Origin: an uncultured delta proteobacterium
GTDB taxonomy: Bacteria > Desulfobacterota > RBG-13-43-22
Direction of reading: 5' to 3'
Length of the DNA stretch: 64,000 nt
Assembly (NCBI GenBank): GCA_963802945.1
Contig: CAWDKY010000024.1
Span: forward strand, 29,489 to 93,488
Within the stretch, counting starts at the first letter, position 1; each line of letters begins with the position of its first letter. The translations under genes and the position numbers were made by a program. Below the pieces are notes generated by a model that was not told the DNA's origin, ran no database searches, and saw only the letters and a program-made list of their open reading frames with translations. This document shows positions 24,900 to 35,168 of the stretch, piece by piece.

Positions 24900-25238
24900 A
24901 TGGAACATAAAGATTGCATTGACCTTAATATAGACGTTTCAAAGATAAAGAACTACGAGGAATACAGAGCGTTGTGGCAACGGTTGGGGAAGATTGAGAT
25001 CAAAATGGTGGAAAAGCATGAAGAGTGTCGGCATGATGTGGGAGATACCTTCTTCTACGACAATCCTTATAAGAGGCCGAAGGATGTTTGTGAAGCCTTG
25101 CTCCATGTATTGGATTTATATGTTTGGCGGGTCGCCTTGGGTTTTCCTTCCTGGAACAGTTCCAACAGAAAAGTTTTCAAGCTTCATTGTCCCGATCCCA
25201 AGGGAACGGTCTGGGAGATGAGAAAAATCAAAGGATGA
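24900..25238 (+). CDS. Small Cys-containing protein, TIGR04076-like
   Basis: C.H.VGD.F, VC..L, CPDP pattern; GAGG RBS. Confidence 0.65.
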   Translation: MEHKDCIDLNIDVSKIKNYEEYRALWQRLGKIEIKMVEKHEECRHDVGDTFFYDNPYKRPKDVCEALLHVLDLYVWRVALGFPSWNSSNRKVFKLHCPDPKGTVWEMRKIKG

Positions 25239-25350
25239 TATTCGTGCTGAAAGGGGTTTAACCTGAGCCATGTTTGTTCAAACCCATAAAGAAATTCATT
25301 TTTAAGAAAACCGCTACTGAGCTTATAGGAAAAAATAGGAAGGAAACCAT

Positions 25351-25758
25351 TTGAGGAAGCTTGCTTTTTGCGGCAATGATTGTGATGAGTGTCCGAGATA
25401 TCTGGCGACAAAGAGCAATAATGAAAAAGTATTGCAGGAAACAGCCCTTCTTTGGCATCGGCTTGGCTATCGTGATCGGGTCGTATCTCCGCAGGAGATC
25501 ACCTGCCAGGGATGTACGCCCTCCAATTGGTGCCGACATGAAATTACCAAGTGTGTTGTAAAGAAGCAGGTCGACAACTGCGGGGAGTGTGAATTCTACC
25601 CTTGCCCGACTATCCTGGAAACGTTCGAGAGAACAGAGGCATTTGCCAAAGAAAGCAAAAAAATCTGTTCCCAAGAAGACTATGCCCGCCTTCGAAAGGC
25701 CTTTTTCCTGAAGAAAGAGAACTTGGACAAAATTTATAACGACTGCAGAAAAAGATAA
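25351..25758 (+). CDS. DUF3795 family Cys-rich protein
   Basis: AFCG.DC.ECP.Y, C.GC, C....C, CGEC.FYPC. Confidence 0.8.
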   Translation: MRKLAFCGNDCDECPRYLATKSNNEKVLQETALLWHRLGYRDRVVSPQEITCQGCTPSNWCRHEITKCVVKKQVDNCGECEFYPCPTILETFERTEAFAKESKKICSQEDYARLRKAFFLKKENLDKIYNDCRKR

Positions 25759-25826
25759 ACCACGGATCGTCAGGCAAAATGATTCAATCTCAGGCCACAA
25801 TATTCTAAAAGAGCTTCATTTCATTT

Positions 25827-26123
25827 TTAAAAAAGATAGGTTGCACCTGCGCTGTTTAAGATAAATTTTTGGGGCATCTCCTGAGCAAACCGGGGAATGG
25901 CTTTCCAGCCGGAACAATGCCTGGGAACAATATAATCGGGATTTAGAGTCTTCATCTTCTCGACAGTCGGATCGATGCTCTTCTCATTATCTTCGTTTAA
26001 ATGGAACCCCCCAAAAAAAACGGCATGACTTTATTCCACAGCGGCAGTCTTCTGAAGGTACTTAATGGTATTTATTATTCCAGCGTGAGAACAGCCTTCA
26101 ATGACCACCAAACACCCAGGGCC
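25827..26123 (-). pseudogene. C-terminal remnant of an MBL-fold metallo-hydrolase
   Basis: Minus-strand translation LVVIEGCSHAGIINTIKY ... (stop/frameshift) ... GGFHL ... PDYIVPRHCSG ... NSAGATYLF; no N-terminal half. Confidence 0.75.
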
Positions 26124-27209
26124 TTATTTATATTGTGAAAAATCCACTCCTCTCACCCGGCCCCTTTCTTCAAACCAAGCTTCTTCGTTGATAGGAGGCG
26201 GAACTATCTGGTCTTGCCCTTTATGAACCAATCGAATGGCCTCTCCGGAACAGGTACTGATGCAAAGCCCGCAACCGATGCATCTTTCCTGAATAATTTG
26301 GTAAGCATCCTCCCCTTCTTCAATGGCCTTTACCTGACATCGTTCTTCAGCACATGTCCCGCATTGAATACATTTTTCCGGATCGATCTCGGCGTAATAA
26401 TGAGAATTGATGACCTTTGAAGCCGGAATCCCCAATCTATTAATGGCCCCCAGCACCCCACAGCAACAACTACAGCAATTGCAGATGTAGAAACGGCCTC
26501 CCTGCACATTATAGGTCAGGTGGACAAGCCCTAGCTCTTCCGTTTTCTTCAATAAGGCGTAGGCCTCTTCTTTGTTGAGCACCCGGCCCTGAGAGGAATT
26601 ATCGAAAACCCCGGGTATGGGAGCGAGGGCTAAACAGACCTGTACCGGGCGGTCGCAGGAGTGGCCCAACAGCTCCTGTTCTTTTTTGCAGACGCAGTCA
26701 TTGACCAAAAACGATTGACTTTGCTCGATAAGGGTGGAAACCTTTTCATAGGATAGGGCTTCCTGTTGGACGGAGATTTCTTTTTCGATAGGAAGCACCT
26801 GCATTAATTGAGGTGTTTTTGAATAAAATTGCCGTCCATAAACCGGTCCATATTCCTCATTAAGCCTGGCGAATTCCTTATCCAACCGACCAAGTTGAAA
26901 CTCGTATATCCCAAAAACCCAGGGCAACATTTTGAAAAATCGTGAATCCTCCAACTGAAGGGCGAAGAGCTGCCCTGCCTCTCCCATGGCTACTAACTTT
27001 TCTTCCAGTCTTTCTAGGGAGCGTCCTGTTCTCTGGGCAATCTGCTCCGCTGTTTCAAAGGTCAATCTCAGGTCGCAGAAAAGATTGGCTTGTTCCGGGG
27101 TAAAAATTTTTTTCAAAAGCTTAATCTCAACACCGCTTTCCGTAGCCGGGAACCCGTTCGGTAAGGTATCCAGGACTTGGGCCAATTTATAATACATTTC
27201 ATCTGCCAT
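26124..27209 (-). CDS. Iron-sulfur cluster protein with C-terminal 2x[4Fe-4S] ferredoxin domain
   Basis: CVCK, ICNCCSCCCG, CIQCGTC...CQ, CIGCGLCISTC. Confidence 0.88.
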   Translation of the reverse strand: MADEMYYKLAQVLDTLPNGFPATESGVEIKLLKKIFTPEQANLFCDLRLTFETAEQIAQRTGRSLERLEEKLVAMGEAGQLFALQLEDSRFFKMLPWVFGIYEFQLGRLDKEFARLNEEYGPVYGRQFYSKTPQLMQVLPIEKEISVQQEALSYEKVSTLIEQSQSFLVNDCVCKKEQELLGHSCDRPVQVCLALAPIPGVFDNSSQGRVLNKEEAYALLKKTEELGLVHLTYNVQGGRFYICNCCSCCCGVLGAINRLGIPASKVINSHYYAEIDPEKCIQCGTCAEERCQVKAIEEGEDAYQIIQERCIGCGLCISTCSGEAIRLVHKGQDQIVPPPINEEAWFEERGRVRGVDFSQYK

Positions 27210-27432
27210 GTTTTTTCTCCTTATTTTATTTTAGACACGTTTATCAGGATGTTAGATTCTTAAGCCATAAATCTGAGAAGTTATCTCTAACTTTTTATCC
27301 GGTGATTAATGGTGAAGGCCTGCCTTTGTATTCAAGTGCAAATTTTGGCCCGGCAAAGTAGCTTATGGCTTATTGGTGGACAACATCAACAAACAAGACT
27401 CAAAATCACTCAAAATTTAATTATTTTTAGAT

Positions 27433-27999
27433 TTATTGCCTTCGTTTCTTTCTTTTTCTGGCCTCCAGGTCTTTCAATGCTTGATCGCACCATTCGATGA
27501 CCATCCGGGCATGGCGTCTGCCGAAATCAAGGGACAGGTTCCAGTAGGTTGAATCCTCAGAAAAACCGGCCTTAGTCGATTGACGTTGAATAATGGGTAG
27601 TACCTCCACTTCATATTTATTAAGTAAATCCGTATAATATTCACGCCAACACTTCAGATGATTTTTAAATTGGTCGGTCGGCAACTGGTTTCCAAAAAAG
27701 ACCTTTACCAGCATCGGGTACCGCGGTTCAGGTGTTTCCGGTGGTTTGGCCAGCCAGCGAAGGAGTTCTTTTCGTCCGTCCTCAGTTACCCGATAGACTT
27801 TGCGGTTTGGTTTTCCTTCCTGTAGTTCAACGGTCGAAATGATCCACCCCTGTCCTTCCATCTGCTTAAGAGTGCGGTAGATCTGGGGCAGGGCAGCATT
27901 CCAGAAAAAATGAATAGACTTTTGAAAAGTACTTTTTAAGTCATAACCAGTGGCCGGTTGATAATGGATCAAACCCAAGAGGGCATGGGGCAGCGACAT
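27433..27999 (-). CDS. PadR family transcriptional regulator
   Basis: MSLPHALLGL, TGYDL, FFW.A...QIY..L, PNRKVY.VT..G. Confidence 0.92.
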   Translation of the reverse strand: MSLPHALLGLIHYQPATGYDLKSTFQKSIHFFWNAALPQIYRTLKQMEGQGWIISTVELQEGKPNRKVYRVTEDGRKELLRWLAKPPETPEPRYPMLVKVFFGNQLPTDQFKNHLKCWREYYTDLLNKYEVEVLPIIQRQSTKAGFSEDSTYWNLSLDFGRRHARMVIEWCDQALKDLEARKRKKRRQ

Positions 28000-28045
28000 A
28001 GTGATTTCCCCCAAATAAGTATTTTGGTTTATATGAACTTAAGTA

Positions 28046-28074
28046 TATATACCTTTGTTAATATATATTGTCAA
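28046..28074 (-). promoter_or_regulatory. Sigma70-type promoter for padR
   Basis: TTGACA-17 nt-TATATA on the minus strand. Confidence 0.6.
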
Positions 28075-28201
28075 GAGGTTTTTTATATTTTCCTCCATTA
28101 TCGTCTGGTAAACTTTAGTGAATTTTCTTATCATGAAAAAATTGGCAAAACCGTATCGATTAGGCTATGGTAATATAAAAACAATCGATGCGGGTCTTGG
28201 T

Positions 28202-28333
28202 ATGCAAACCGTAACCGTATCATCAAGAGATCAAGTCGTTTTACCAAAAACAACCAGGGAAGTTTTGAATCTTCGTCCTGGTCAATTTTACTTTCATTAC
28301 AATCCATTAAAGAACAGAAAGGAGGGACTATGA
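28202..28333 (+). pseudogene. Truncated AbrB/MazE-like DNA-binding domain remnant
   Basis: MQTVTVSSRDQVVLPKTTREVLNLRPGQ resembles an AbrB N-terminus; similarity then ends. Confidence 0.5.
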
Positions 28334-28965
28334 CTACTGCTGCAGCCTTGGAAGCCTCGAAGATTTTGCGGGACGGGAATTTGTTTCAATGGTATGTCAT
28401 CACGCTCTTTGCCCTGGTGGTCTACGTCTATGCTGTGGAGGTCGAGCGGAAAAATTGGAATCTCTTATTTGCCGGACTGGCCTTCTGGGGGATGGACTGG
28501 TTCAACGAGATTTGGAACGGCATGGTTTTTCACTTCAGCAACTATGCCCCGGTCTGGGGCGCCCCGGGAAAGACAGCCTATCTGCTCCTGATCGGTCTTA
28601 ACATCGAAATATGTTTTATGTTTGCCGTGGCCGGGATCGCCTTTGGAAAGCTTTTGCCCAGCGACAAGCATCTCCGTATCTTAGGTATTCCCAATCGGCT
28701 ATTTCTGGCCGTGGTCAATTCAGTCTTTTGTGTCTTTGTGGAAGTTTTGCTCAACAGCGTAGGGGCACTGACTTGGGATTATACCTGGTGGAACTTAAGG
28801 GCACCATGGCTCATTTTTCTGATAGGTTATCTACCGTTTTTCCTGGTCTCTTTCTGGGTTCATGATATGGACTCGGTTCGCAAAAAGATTTTGACCACAG
28901 GGACCATCCTGGGTGTTGATCTGGCGGCCCTGATCATTTTTGGCACCTGTCTGAAGTGGATTTAG
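28330..28965 (+). CDS. Multi-pass membrane protein of unknown function
   Basis: GGAGG RBS, about 6 hydrophobic segments, Trp-rich (MDWFNEIWN, GLNIEI). Confidence 0.8.
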   Translation: MTTAAALEASKILRDGNLFQWYVITLFALVVYVYAVEVERKNWNLLFAGLAFWGMDWFNEIWNGMVFHFSNYAPVWGAPGKTAYLLLIGLNIEICFMFAVAGIAFGKLLPSDKHLRILGIPNRLFLAVVNSVFCVFVEVLLNSVGALTWDYTWWNLRAPWLIFLIGYLPFFLVSFWVHDMDSVRKKILTTGTILGVDLAALIIFGTCLKWI

Positions 28966-29081
28966 CTTGGCAGTCCTAGGAGGGGAAGCCCCTTACTCCC
29001 TTTAATGAAAAAGAGATTTGTGGATAATATGTCTTGACTAAAAGCCGGCAAGAATGCTAAAAATCTTTACCGGTTTACAAT

Positions 29082-29175
29082 GGAGAGATGCCCGAGTTGG
29101 CTTAAGGGGCACGACTGGAAATCGTGTGTATGCCCAAAAGGTGTACCGAGGGTTCGAATCCCTCTCTCTCCGCCA
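29082..29175 (+). tRNA. tRNA-Ser(GGA)
   Basis: GGAGAGA acceptor stem, anticodon arm cacga-ctGGAaa-tcgtg, long variable arm, GGTTCGAATCC, encoded CCA. Confidence 0.96.
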
Positions 29176-29276
29176 TTTTCCATTTCGGATTTTGGATGGT
29201 GGATGCGGAATGAAGTGGATTATTCTTTAGCGTAATCCTTACACCTTATATCTTACACCTTATACTCGTATTAATT

Positions 29277-31022
29277 ATGTCCTATCTCGTTTTAGCCCGT
29301 AAATGCCGGCCCCAGGTTTTTGAAGAAGTTTTGGGGCAAGGTCATGTAACCCAGACCCTCCAAAACGCCATCAAGGCTGGGCGGGTGGCCCATGCCTATC
29401 TGTTCAGTGGACCAAGGGGTGTGGGCAAAACCACGGTGGCCCGGATTCTGGCCAAGGCCCTTAATTGCCAGGATGGTCCAACCCCGGTTCCCTGTAACCG
29501 ATGTACTTCCTGTCGGGAAATCACCCAAGGGATCAGTCTGGACGTTCAGGAGATCGACGGGGCCTCCAACCGCGGGATTGACGATATCCGGGAATTACGG
29601 GAAAGCATTAAATACCTGCCGGCCCAGGGGCGCTATAAGATTTATATCATTGATGAAGTCCATATGTTGACCGGCGAGGCCTTTAACGCTCTGCTTAAGA
29701 CACTGGAAGAGCCTCCCAAACACGCCCTGTTTATCTTTGCCACCACCGAACTCAACAAGGTCCCCTTAACCATTTATTCCCGTTGCCAGTCTTTTAACTT
29801 CCGGCGGGTTTCTCTGGATGCCATTGTAGACTATCTGAAATCCCTGGCCCTGGGAGAGAAGGTGGCGACTGAAGAAGGGGCCCTGCGTTTGATTGCCCGA
29901 CAATCCGAAGGAAGTGTCCGGGACGCTTTGAGCCTGTTGGATCAAATCTTTTCCTTTTCCATGGAAAAAATTACTGAGACGCAGGTCCAGGAAATCCTCG
30001 GTTTTGTGGATCGCCGGATCATCTATGAGGTCGGCTGGGCTGTTTTGGAAAACCAGGTTAAAAAACTTTTGGAACTTATAGCTGAAGTCTATGAGTTCGG
30101 TTATGACCTGAAACAATTTCTTAAGGACCTGATCGAACACTTTAGGAACCTTCTTCTGATCAAGATGGGACACGACCAGGGACCTTTAGTGGATATTCCT
30201 GTGGAAGAGATCCCCGAGATCAAAGAAAAGATCCGGGATGTGGCGCTGGACTTCCTTCAGGATGGATTGCATTTTTTAATCCAATCCGAAACAGACTTAA
30301 GAAGGGCCCCTCAGCCTCGTCTGGCCTTGGAGATGATTTTGTTGAGAACGGCCCGTTTACGGGAAATCATTCCCATAGATGCCATCCTGGAAAAATTGGA
30401 GCAGCTCCAGGGGCAGGGTTTTCCTTCTCAGGATATTTCAATGGGTTTTAATGCGGCACCCGCAACACCAACTCCAAGAAAAGTCCAATCGTTGAAAGAG
30501 CCTCAGCCAGCTTATTCCAAATACCACCGGCCTGAAAAATCCGAGGAAAAAGCTGTTGAAAAAGAGGCCGCTCCGGTTCCCGTTTCCGAATCTCCGATCG
30601 ATCCTTCTGCACTTAAGGGGGCCGAACCGTTTTCCAAAGAAGGTTTGCTGGAATTTATTCGTCAGCATCATCTTCCTTTGGCAAGCTACCTAGCCCACGG
30701 GGAAGTCAGGTTTGTGGATGAAAATACCCTGGAATGGGATTTTAAAGACAACGCTTTTCAATTGGAGTTGCTGGAAAGCAACAGCAATAAAAAAAAATTG
30801 GAAAACATCTGCCAAGACTTTTTTAAACGAAAGATCAAGCTGTTATTTCTTAGCCCGGGAAAGGTAAACCAAAAAGGCCGGCGGGCTGAGGGGGCTGTCT
30901 CTAAACGGCCCCAAAGGCTCTCTATCAAGGAAGCCCTTGACCAGCCCCAGATCAAAGACCTGATCGATATCTTTCAGGCCGAGGTTGTGGACATCAAAAC
31001 GCCTCCCGAAAATAAAACGTGA
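29277..31022 (+). CDS. dnaX: DNA polymerase III subunit gamma/tau
   Basis: GPRGVGKT, EIDGASN, IIDEVHML, AFNALLKTLEEPP, SRC. Confidence 0.97.
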   Translation: MSYLVLARKCRPQVFEEVLGQGHVTQTLQNAIKAGRVAHAYLFSGPRGVGKTTVARILAKALNCQDGPTPVPCNRCTSCREITQGISLDVQEIDGASNRGIDDIRELRESIKYLPAQGRYKIYIIDEVHMLTGEAFNALLKTLEEPPKHALFIFATTELNKVPLTIYSRCQSFNFRRVSLDAIVDYLKSLALGEKVATEEGALRLIARQSEGSVRDALSLLDQIFSFSMEKITETQVQEILGFVDRRIIYEVGWAVLENQVKKLLELIAEVYEFGYDLKQFLKDLIEHFRNLLLIKMGHDQGPLVDIPVEEIPEIKEKIRDVALDFLQDGLHFLIQSETDLRRAPQPRLALEMILLRTARLREIIPIDAILEKLEQLQGQGFPSQDISMGFNAAPATPTPRKVQSLKEPQPAYSKYHRPEKSEEKAVEKEAAPVPVSESPIDPSALKGAEPFSKEGLLEFIRQHHLPLASYLAHGEVRFVDENTLEWDFKDNAFQLELLESNSNKKKLENICQDFFKRKIKLLFLSPGKVNQKGRRAEGAVSKRPQRLSIKEALDQPQIKDLIDIFQAEVVDIKTPPENKT

Positions 31023-31079
31023 CTCCACTTTTTTATCCTGTATTCCGCATCAGGAATCGCCGGCATTCGGTATCGGATG

Positions 31080-31262
31080 TTAATTGGCCAACAGACCCAA
31101 CAGTCCATGGATGGCGGCTGTAATCAATAACAGGATTCCAGTCTTTTTATGGACCCCAAAACGCACCTTGATCCAACGAAGCCCTGTGGCCAATTGAAAA
31201 AGGAGTAGCAGAAAATTTACAATACCCAGGATCAATATGATGGATATGCCGCCGATGGCCAT
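31080..31262 (-). CDS. Small two-TM membrane protein with conserved His residues
   Basis: AGGAG RBS; HKKTG...HG pattern. Confidence 0.65.
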   Translation of the reverse strand: MAIGGISIILILGIVNFLLLLFQLATGLRWIKVRFGVHKKTGILLLITAAIHGLLGLLAN

Positions 31263-31334
31263 AACGTCTCCTTCTATGTTAATACGAGAATCTATTTATT
31301 TAGGAAAAGCTTCTAATAATTCCTCTCGACCTTT

Positions 31335-31742
31335 CTATTGTTTAATCGTAATCTTCCACTTGGCCGGGCCGGCACTGCCGTGAATATTACAGTTGGCCTC
31401 GGCGATCACTTCCATCGGCTCATTGACCTGGATCTTGAACTCTCGACTAAAAACAGCATCCTCAGGCCGATTGCCGCTGGTAAATTCCCAGCGGGAGACT
31501 TCTTTCCCGTTGGCCTTAAGCGATACCCAATTGGTATAATGGAAAAAACGCGGGGGGGGGGAAATGGTAGTGTTGGCACTATGAGTTATGGTCAGCTTGA
31601 TCAGAACCTCCGAACCCTTGGCCGCCATCTCCGGGGCTGAAATGGTAACAGAGGCTTTGTTGGCGAAGCTGGTTTGGGCGGCAAAAAAGACAGCCAGGAA
31701 AAGGAAATAAAAAAACAACTTCTTGGTAGTCAAGGTTTTCAT
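31335..31742 (-). CDS. Exported desulfoferrodoxin/SOR-like metal-binding domain protein
   Basis: Signal peptide, H...HY..W, ANCNIHG; GGAGG RBS. Confidence 0.65.
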   Translation of the reverse strand: MKTLTTKKLFFYFLFLAVFFAAQTSFANKASVTISAPEMAAKGSEVLIKLTITHSANTTISPPPRFFHYTNWVSLKANGKEVSRWEFTSGNRPEDAVFSREFKIQVNEPMEVIAEANCNIHGSAGPAKWKITIKQ

Positions 31743-31772
31743 AAATTCACCTCCAAATTTTTTAAAGAAAAT

Positions 31773-31840
31773 AGGATTCGAGGATTCCAGGATTCGAGGG
31801 TTCAAGGGTTTTAACTTTCATGCCTTTCACTTGAATCCTT
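31773..31840. repeat. 8-bp-period element copy 6
   Basis: aggattcgaggattccaggattcgagggttcaaggg ttttaactttcatgcctttcac ttgaatcctt. Confidence 0.85.
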
Positions 31841-31888
31841 AGAATAATTTCCATCTTTCATGGTTCCCGCCACAAACGGGCATGAGTG

Positions 31889-32912
31889 TTAAAAAAAGTT
31901 TCGGGCTTCGGCCGCCACATCCTCCGGCGGATAAAAGGTGAATATTTCATGATGCAATCTTTCAAAATAATTGATCTCGCTGATCATTAAGGGAGGTATT
32001 TCGATTCGTGGAAGTATTTTGGCCAACAGGGAAAAGTGATTTTGTGGTTCCAGGGAGAGATAAAGGGTCATATTCAGGCTATAGATATTTTTGCTCCCCA
32101 GAAAAGCCAGGACCTTGATGAGCCCTTCGGCAAAATCTTTAAGATGGTCCTCCGAAATGGTTAAAAAATGATCAACTCCTTCCCAGAGGGCCATAATCTC
32201 CAGAACTCCCAGAGGGGCAAAGGCAGAAAGCCAGTGCACGTCTCCGGTGTTTCCGATAAATCGTTCCCCGGTCTTTTTTTCCTGACGGAGGAGATCAGAG
32301 AAGAAAGGTTTCCCATTTTTATTAAAATAATTTTTTGTGTTTTTGAGTATATCCCCCAAATAGCGGGTGGGACGGTCTTGGGCCATAACCTGGAAATGGG
32401 GATGGATCAGACCGGCACCGGCCAGGGGGAAGAAATTCCAATTAATAGAACCATATTTGTTGCTGGGGTCCTTTTTATGAAGGAGTTGGAAATAATCCCG
32501 ACAGGCCAAAAGGGCCTGAAGGATCCATTCGGGGTTAAAGCCGTCTATAGGGACAAAATGTTGGGAGCAAAGGACACAGACCCCGCTGTATTTTTCAATG
32601 GGGAAGGCATTAGGGAAAAGAACGGCCTCCCCTCTTTTGATATGACCTTCCGGGACCCAGTCTTCAAGAAATCGGGCTGCCCTTGGTGCCAGGTTTTCCG
32701 GACAGAAAGGGCAGCCCATCTTCAAGGATTGTTCGACCAAAGGGCTAAGGTCTTCTTTCGCCAAAATCCTGAAACGAAAAGGTACGATTCGGGTTCGGTG
32801 CGGGGTTAAAGGGTCCCGGCGAATTTCTATCTTGACTGTAGTCGGCTTAAACTCATTGAGCGGACTCAGAAAGTTTGAAATAGTCTCTATTTTGGAAAAA
32901 GCGTATTCCCAT
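31889..32912 (-). CDS. Galactose-1-phosphate uridylyltransferase-like (HIT superfamily) protein; probable +1 frameshift near the start
   Basis: EIRRDPLT, CPFCP, FPNAFP, AGAGLIHPHFQ; AGAGGG RBS then ATG 32912, and removing one T gives MGIRFSKIE. Confidence 0.7.
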
Positions 32913-32937
32913 GCAATCCCTCTTTTAATCCAATCCG

Positions 32938-33520
32938 CTACATCATCCCATTCTTCCATACTGAAAAGGTCCGGAAAACTCCGATGAGAATAAAAACCAC
33001 GATACTGACCACGATGGTGACAATACAATATCCCATGGCCTTGTCCTTGGGGGTGTCCATCAAAATGGGTAGGCCCAGGTAGAAAAGATAAAGACTGTAA
33101 AGAGAGAGGAGCACGGCAATGGGTGAGAGGGCCGGAATAATCATCAGGATGCCGGCTATCCAGGAAGGGGTCCAGGAAAAGACGGCCACCTTCATGGCGT
33201 TAATCAGATTTTTTTGAGAGCCGAAATTGGGGGCCAGGGCATCGATAATCAGGGCCACGACATAGATCCCCACCAGGGATAAAACATAAGAGACTACGGC
33301 ATGGCTGATCCCCCATCCCAAAGGGAGGCGGTAAGAAAAGCCGAGCATGGAAAAACCCAGCAGGGACAAGCCGATAAACGAGGCTATGGGCGGGATTGCG
33401 GCCAATATCATGGCATAAGAGGTGTACAGCTCTTTGAATGGTTGTCTGTTCGGTTTTAATTTCAGCCCAGGTATCCGTTGGTTTTAAGATGATGTCTTTT
33501 ACCCTTTGAACGATGTTCAT
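32938..33520 (-). CDS. Yip1 family membrane protein (one +1 frameshift near 33437)
   Basis: MNIVQRVKDIILKP..TW, IIDALAPNFG, LYSLYLFYLGLP.LM. Confidence 0.8.
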
Positions 33521-33734
33521 AGTCGGCCTCCTTGGAGAAATATTTTAACCACCTTTAATATGGTATCTTAAATGGCCGATCAGGGTCAAATAAAAAAACA
33601 ATTAAAAACAAGCCGGTTCTTGTTTGTGGGGTGAAGGAATCTTAATATTTATCCTCTAAAAGATTCTGTTTCTTGACAAAAGGGCAACCTTTAAGATAAA
33701 TTAACCTATTATTTCCGCAGTAAGGAAACTGAAC

Positions 33735-35168
33735 ATGCCTGAATGGGAAGCGGTTATCGGCCTGGAAGTTCATGCCCAGTTGTTGACTGAAAGTAAAATC
33801 TTCTGCGGGTGTTCCACCCGGTTCGGGGCGGAACCCAATACCCATACCTGCCCGGTATGCCTGGGTTTGCCCGGTTCTTTACCGGTCCTCAATAAAAAAG
33901 TGGTTGACTATACCCTGCGCATGGCCCTGGCCACCCATTGTTCCATCGCCCCTTACAGTCTTTCGGCCCGAAAAAATTATTTCTATCCCGATCTGCCCAA
34001 GGGATATCAGATTTCTCAATTTGAATTGCCTTTGGCTGAAAAGGGGTGGATAGATATTGAAGCCCACGGCCGGGTCAAAAGGATAGGCATAACCCGGATT
34101 CATATCGAAGAAGATGCCGGAAAACTGATCCATGACGAGGTTCGCCCGGTCAGTTATGTGGATTTTAACCGGACAGGGGTGCCTTTGATGGAGATTGTCA
34201 GCGAGCCTGATCTGCGGACACCCGAGGAGGCCGGCGAATATCTGAGGCGGTTAAGAGAGATCCTGCGTTATTTGGAGATTTGCGACGGCAATATGGAAGA
34301 AGGCAGTTTCCGTTGTGATGCCAATATCTCCTTGCGGCCCGAGGGGACCTCCGGATTCGGGACCAAGGCCGAGTTAAAAAACATGAATTCTTTTAAACAC
34401 GTGGAAAAGGCCCTGGAATTTGAGATCAGACGACAACGGGCCGTTCTGGAAGACGGTGGAGTGATCGACCAGGAAACCCGCCTCTGGGATGCGGCCCGGG
34501 GGGTGACCCTGTCCATGAGGGGTAAGGAAGAGGCCCATGATTACCGCTATTTCCCGGACCCGGACCTGATTCCTGTGGAGATTTCCGAGGATTGGATCGA
34601 GTCGGTCAGGAAAACCCTCCCTGAGCTGCCGGAAGCCAAACGGCAACGGTTGATCAGCCAGTATGGACTTCCGGAATATGATGCCCAGATCCTGACCTCT
34701 TCCAAGGCCCTGGCCAATTATTTTGAAGACTGTGTACGGCTTCATCCCCAACCCAAAACGGTCAGCAATTGGATCATGGTGGAATTGGTTCGTGAATTGA
34801 AAAGGGCTGAAAAGGACATCGAACAGTGCCCGGTTTCCGCCCAGGACCTGGCTGTCCTTTTGGATCTGATTCAGGAAGGGGTAATCAGCGGCAAGATCGC
34901 CAAAGCCATTTTTGAGGAGATGTTTGAAACGGGGAAATCTCCCAAAACCATTGTCCAGGATAGAGGTCTGATCCAGATGACCGATGCCGCTCAGATTCAG
35001 GCCGTTATTGAAGGAGTTCTTAAGAATAATCCGGATAAGATTGCGGCCTATAAAGAAGGGAAGACCAAGCTCATCGGCTTTTTTGTCGGTGAAGTCATGA
35101 AAAAGACCCAGGGGAAGGCAAATCCGAAGGTTGTGAATGAGATATTAAAGAAAAAGTTGGATTTGTAA
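33735..35168 (+). CDS. gatB: Asp-tRNA(Asn)/Glu-tRNA(Gln) amidotransferase subunit B
   Basis: [36 protein letters not shown]. Confidence 0.98.
   Translation: MPEWEAVIGLEVHAQLLTESKIFCGCSTRFGAEPNTHTCPVCLGLPGSLPVLNKKVVDYTLRMALATHCSIAPYSLSARKNYFYPDLPKGYQISQFELPLAEKGWIDIEAHGRVKRIGITRIHIEEDAGKLIHDEVRPVSYVDFNRTGVPLMEIVSEPDLRTPEEAGEYLRRLREILRYLEICDGNMEEGSFRCDANISLRPEGTSGFGTKAELKNMNSFKHVEKALEFEIRRQRAVLEDGGVIDQETRLWDAARGVTLSMRGKEEAHDYRYFPDPDLIPVEISEDWIESVRKTLPELPEAKRQRLISQYGLPEYDAQILTSSKALANYFEDCVRLHPQPKTVSNWIMVELVRELKRAEKDIEQCPVSAQDLAVLLDLIQEGVISGKIAKAIFEEMFETGKSPKTIVQDRGLIQMTDAAQIQAVIEGVLKNNPDKIAAYKEGKTKLIGFFVGEVMKKTQGKANPKVVNEILKKKLDL

Noticed and set aside
29082-29175. tRNA-Ser as the attachment site of an integrated element
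   Set aside because: No integrase and no duplicated tRNA 3' end were seen, and dnaX follows directly.
29176-29276. SRP RNA, often found between tRNA-Ser and dnaX
   Set aside because: The conserved SRP domain IV motif is absent; the interval holds heptamer repeats.
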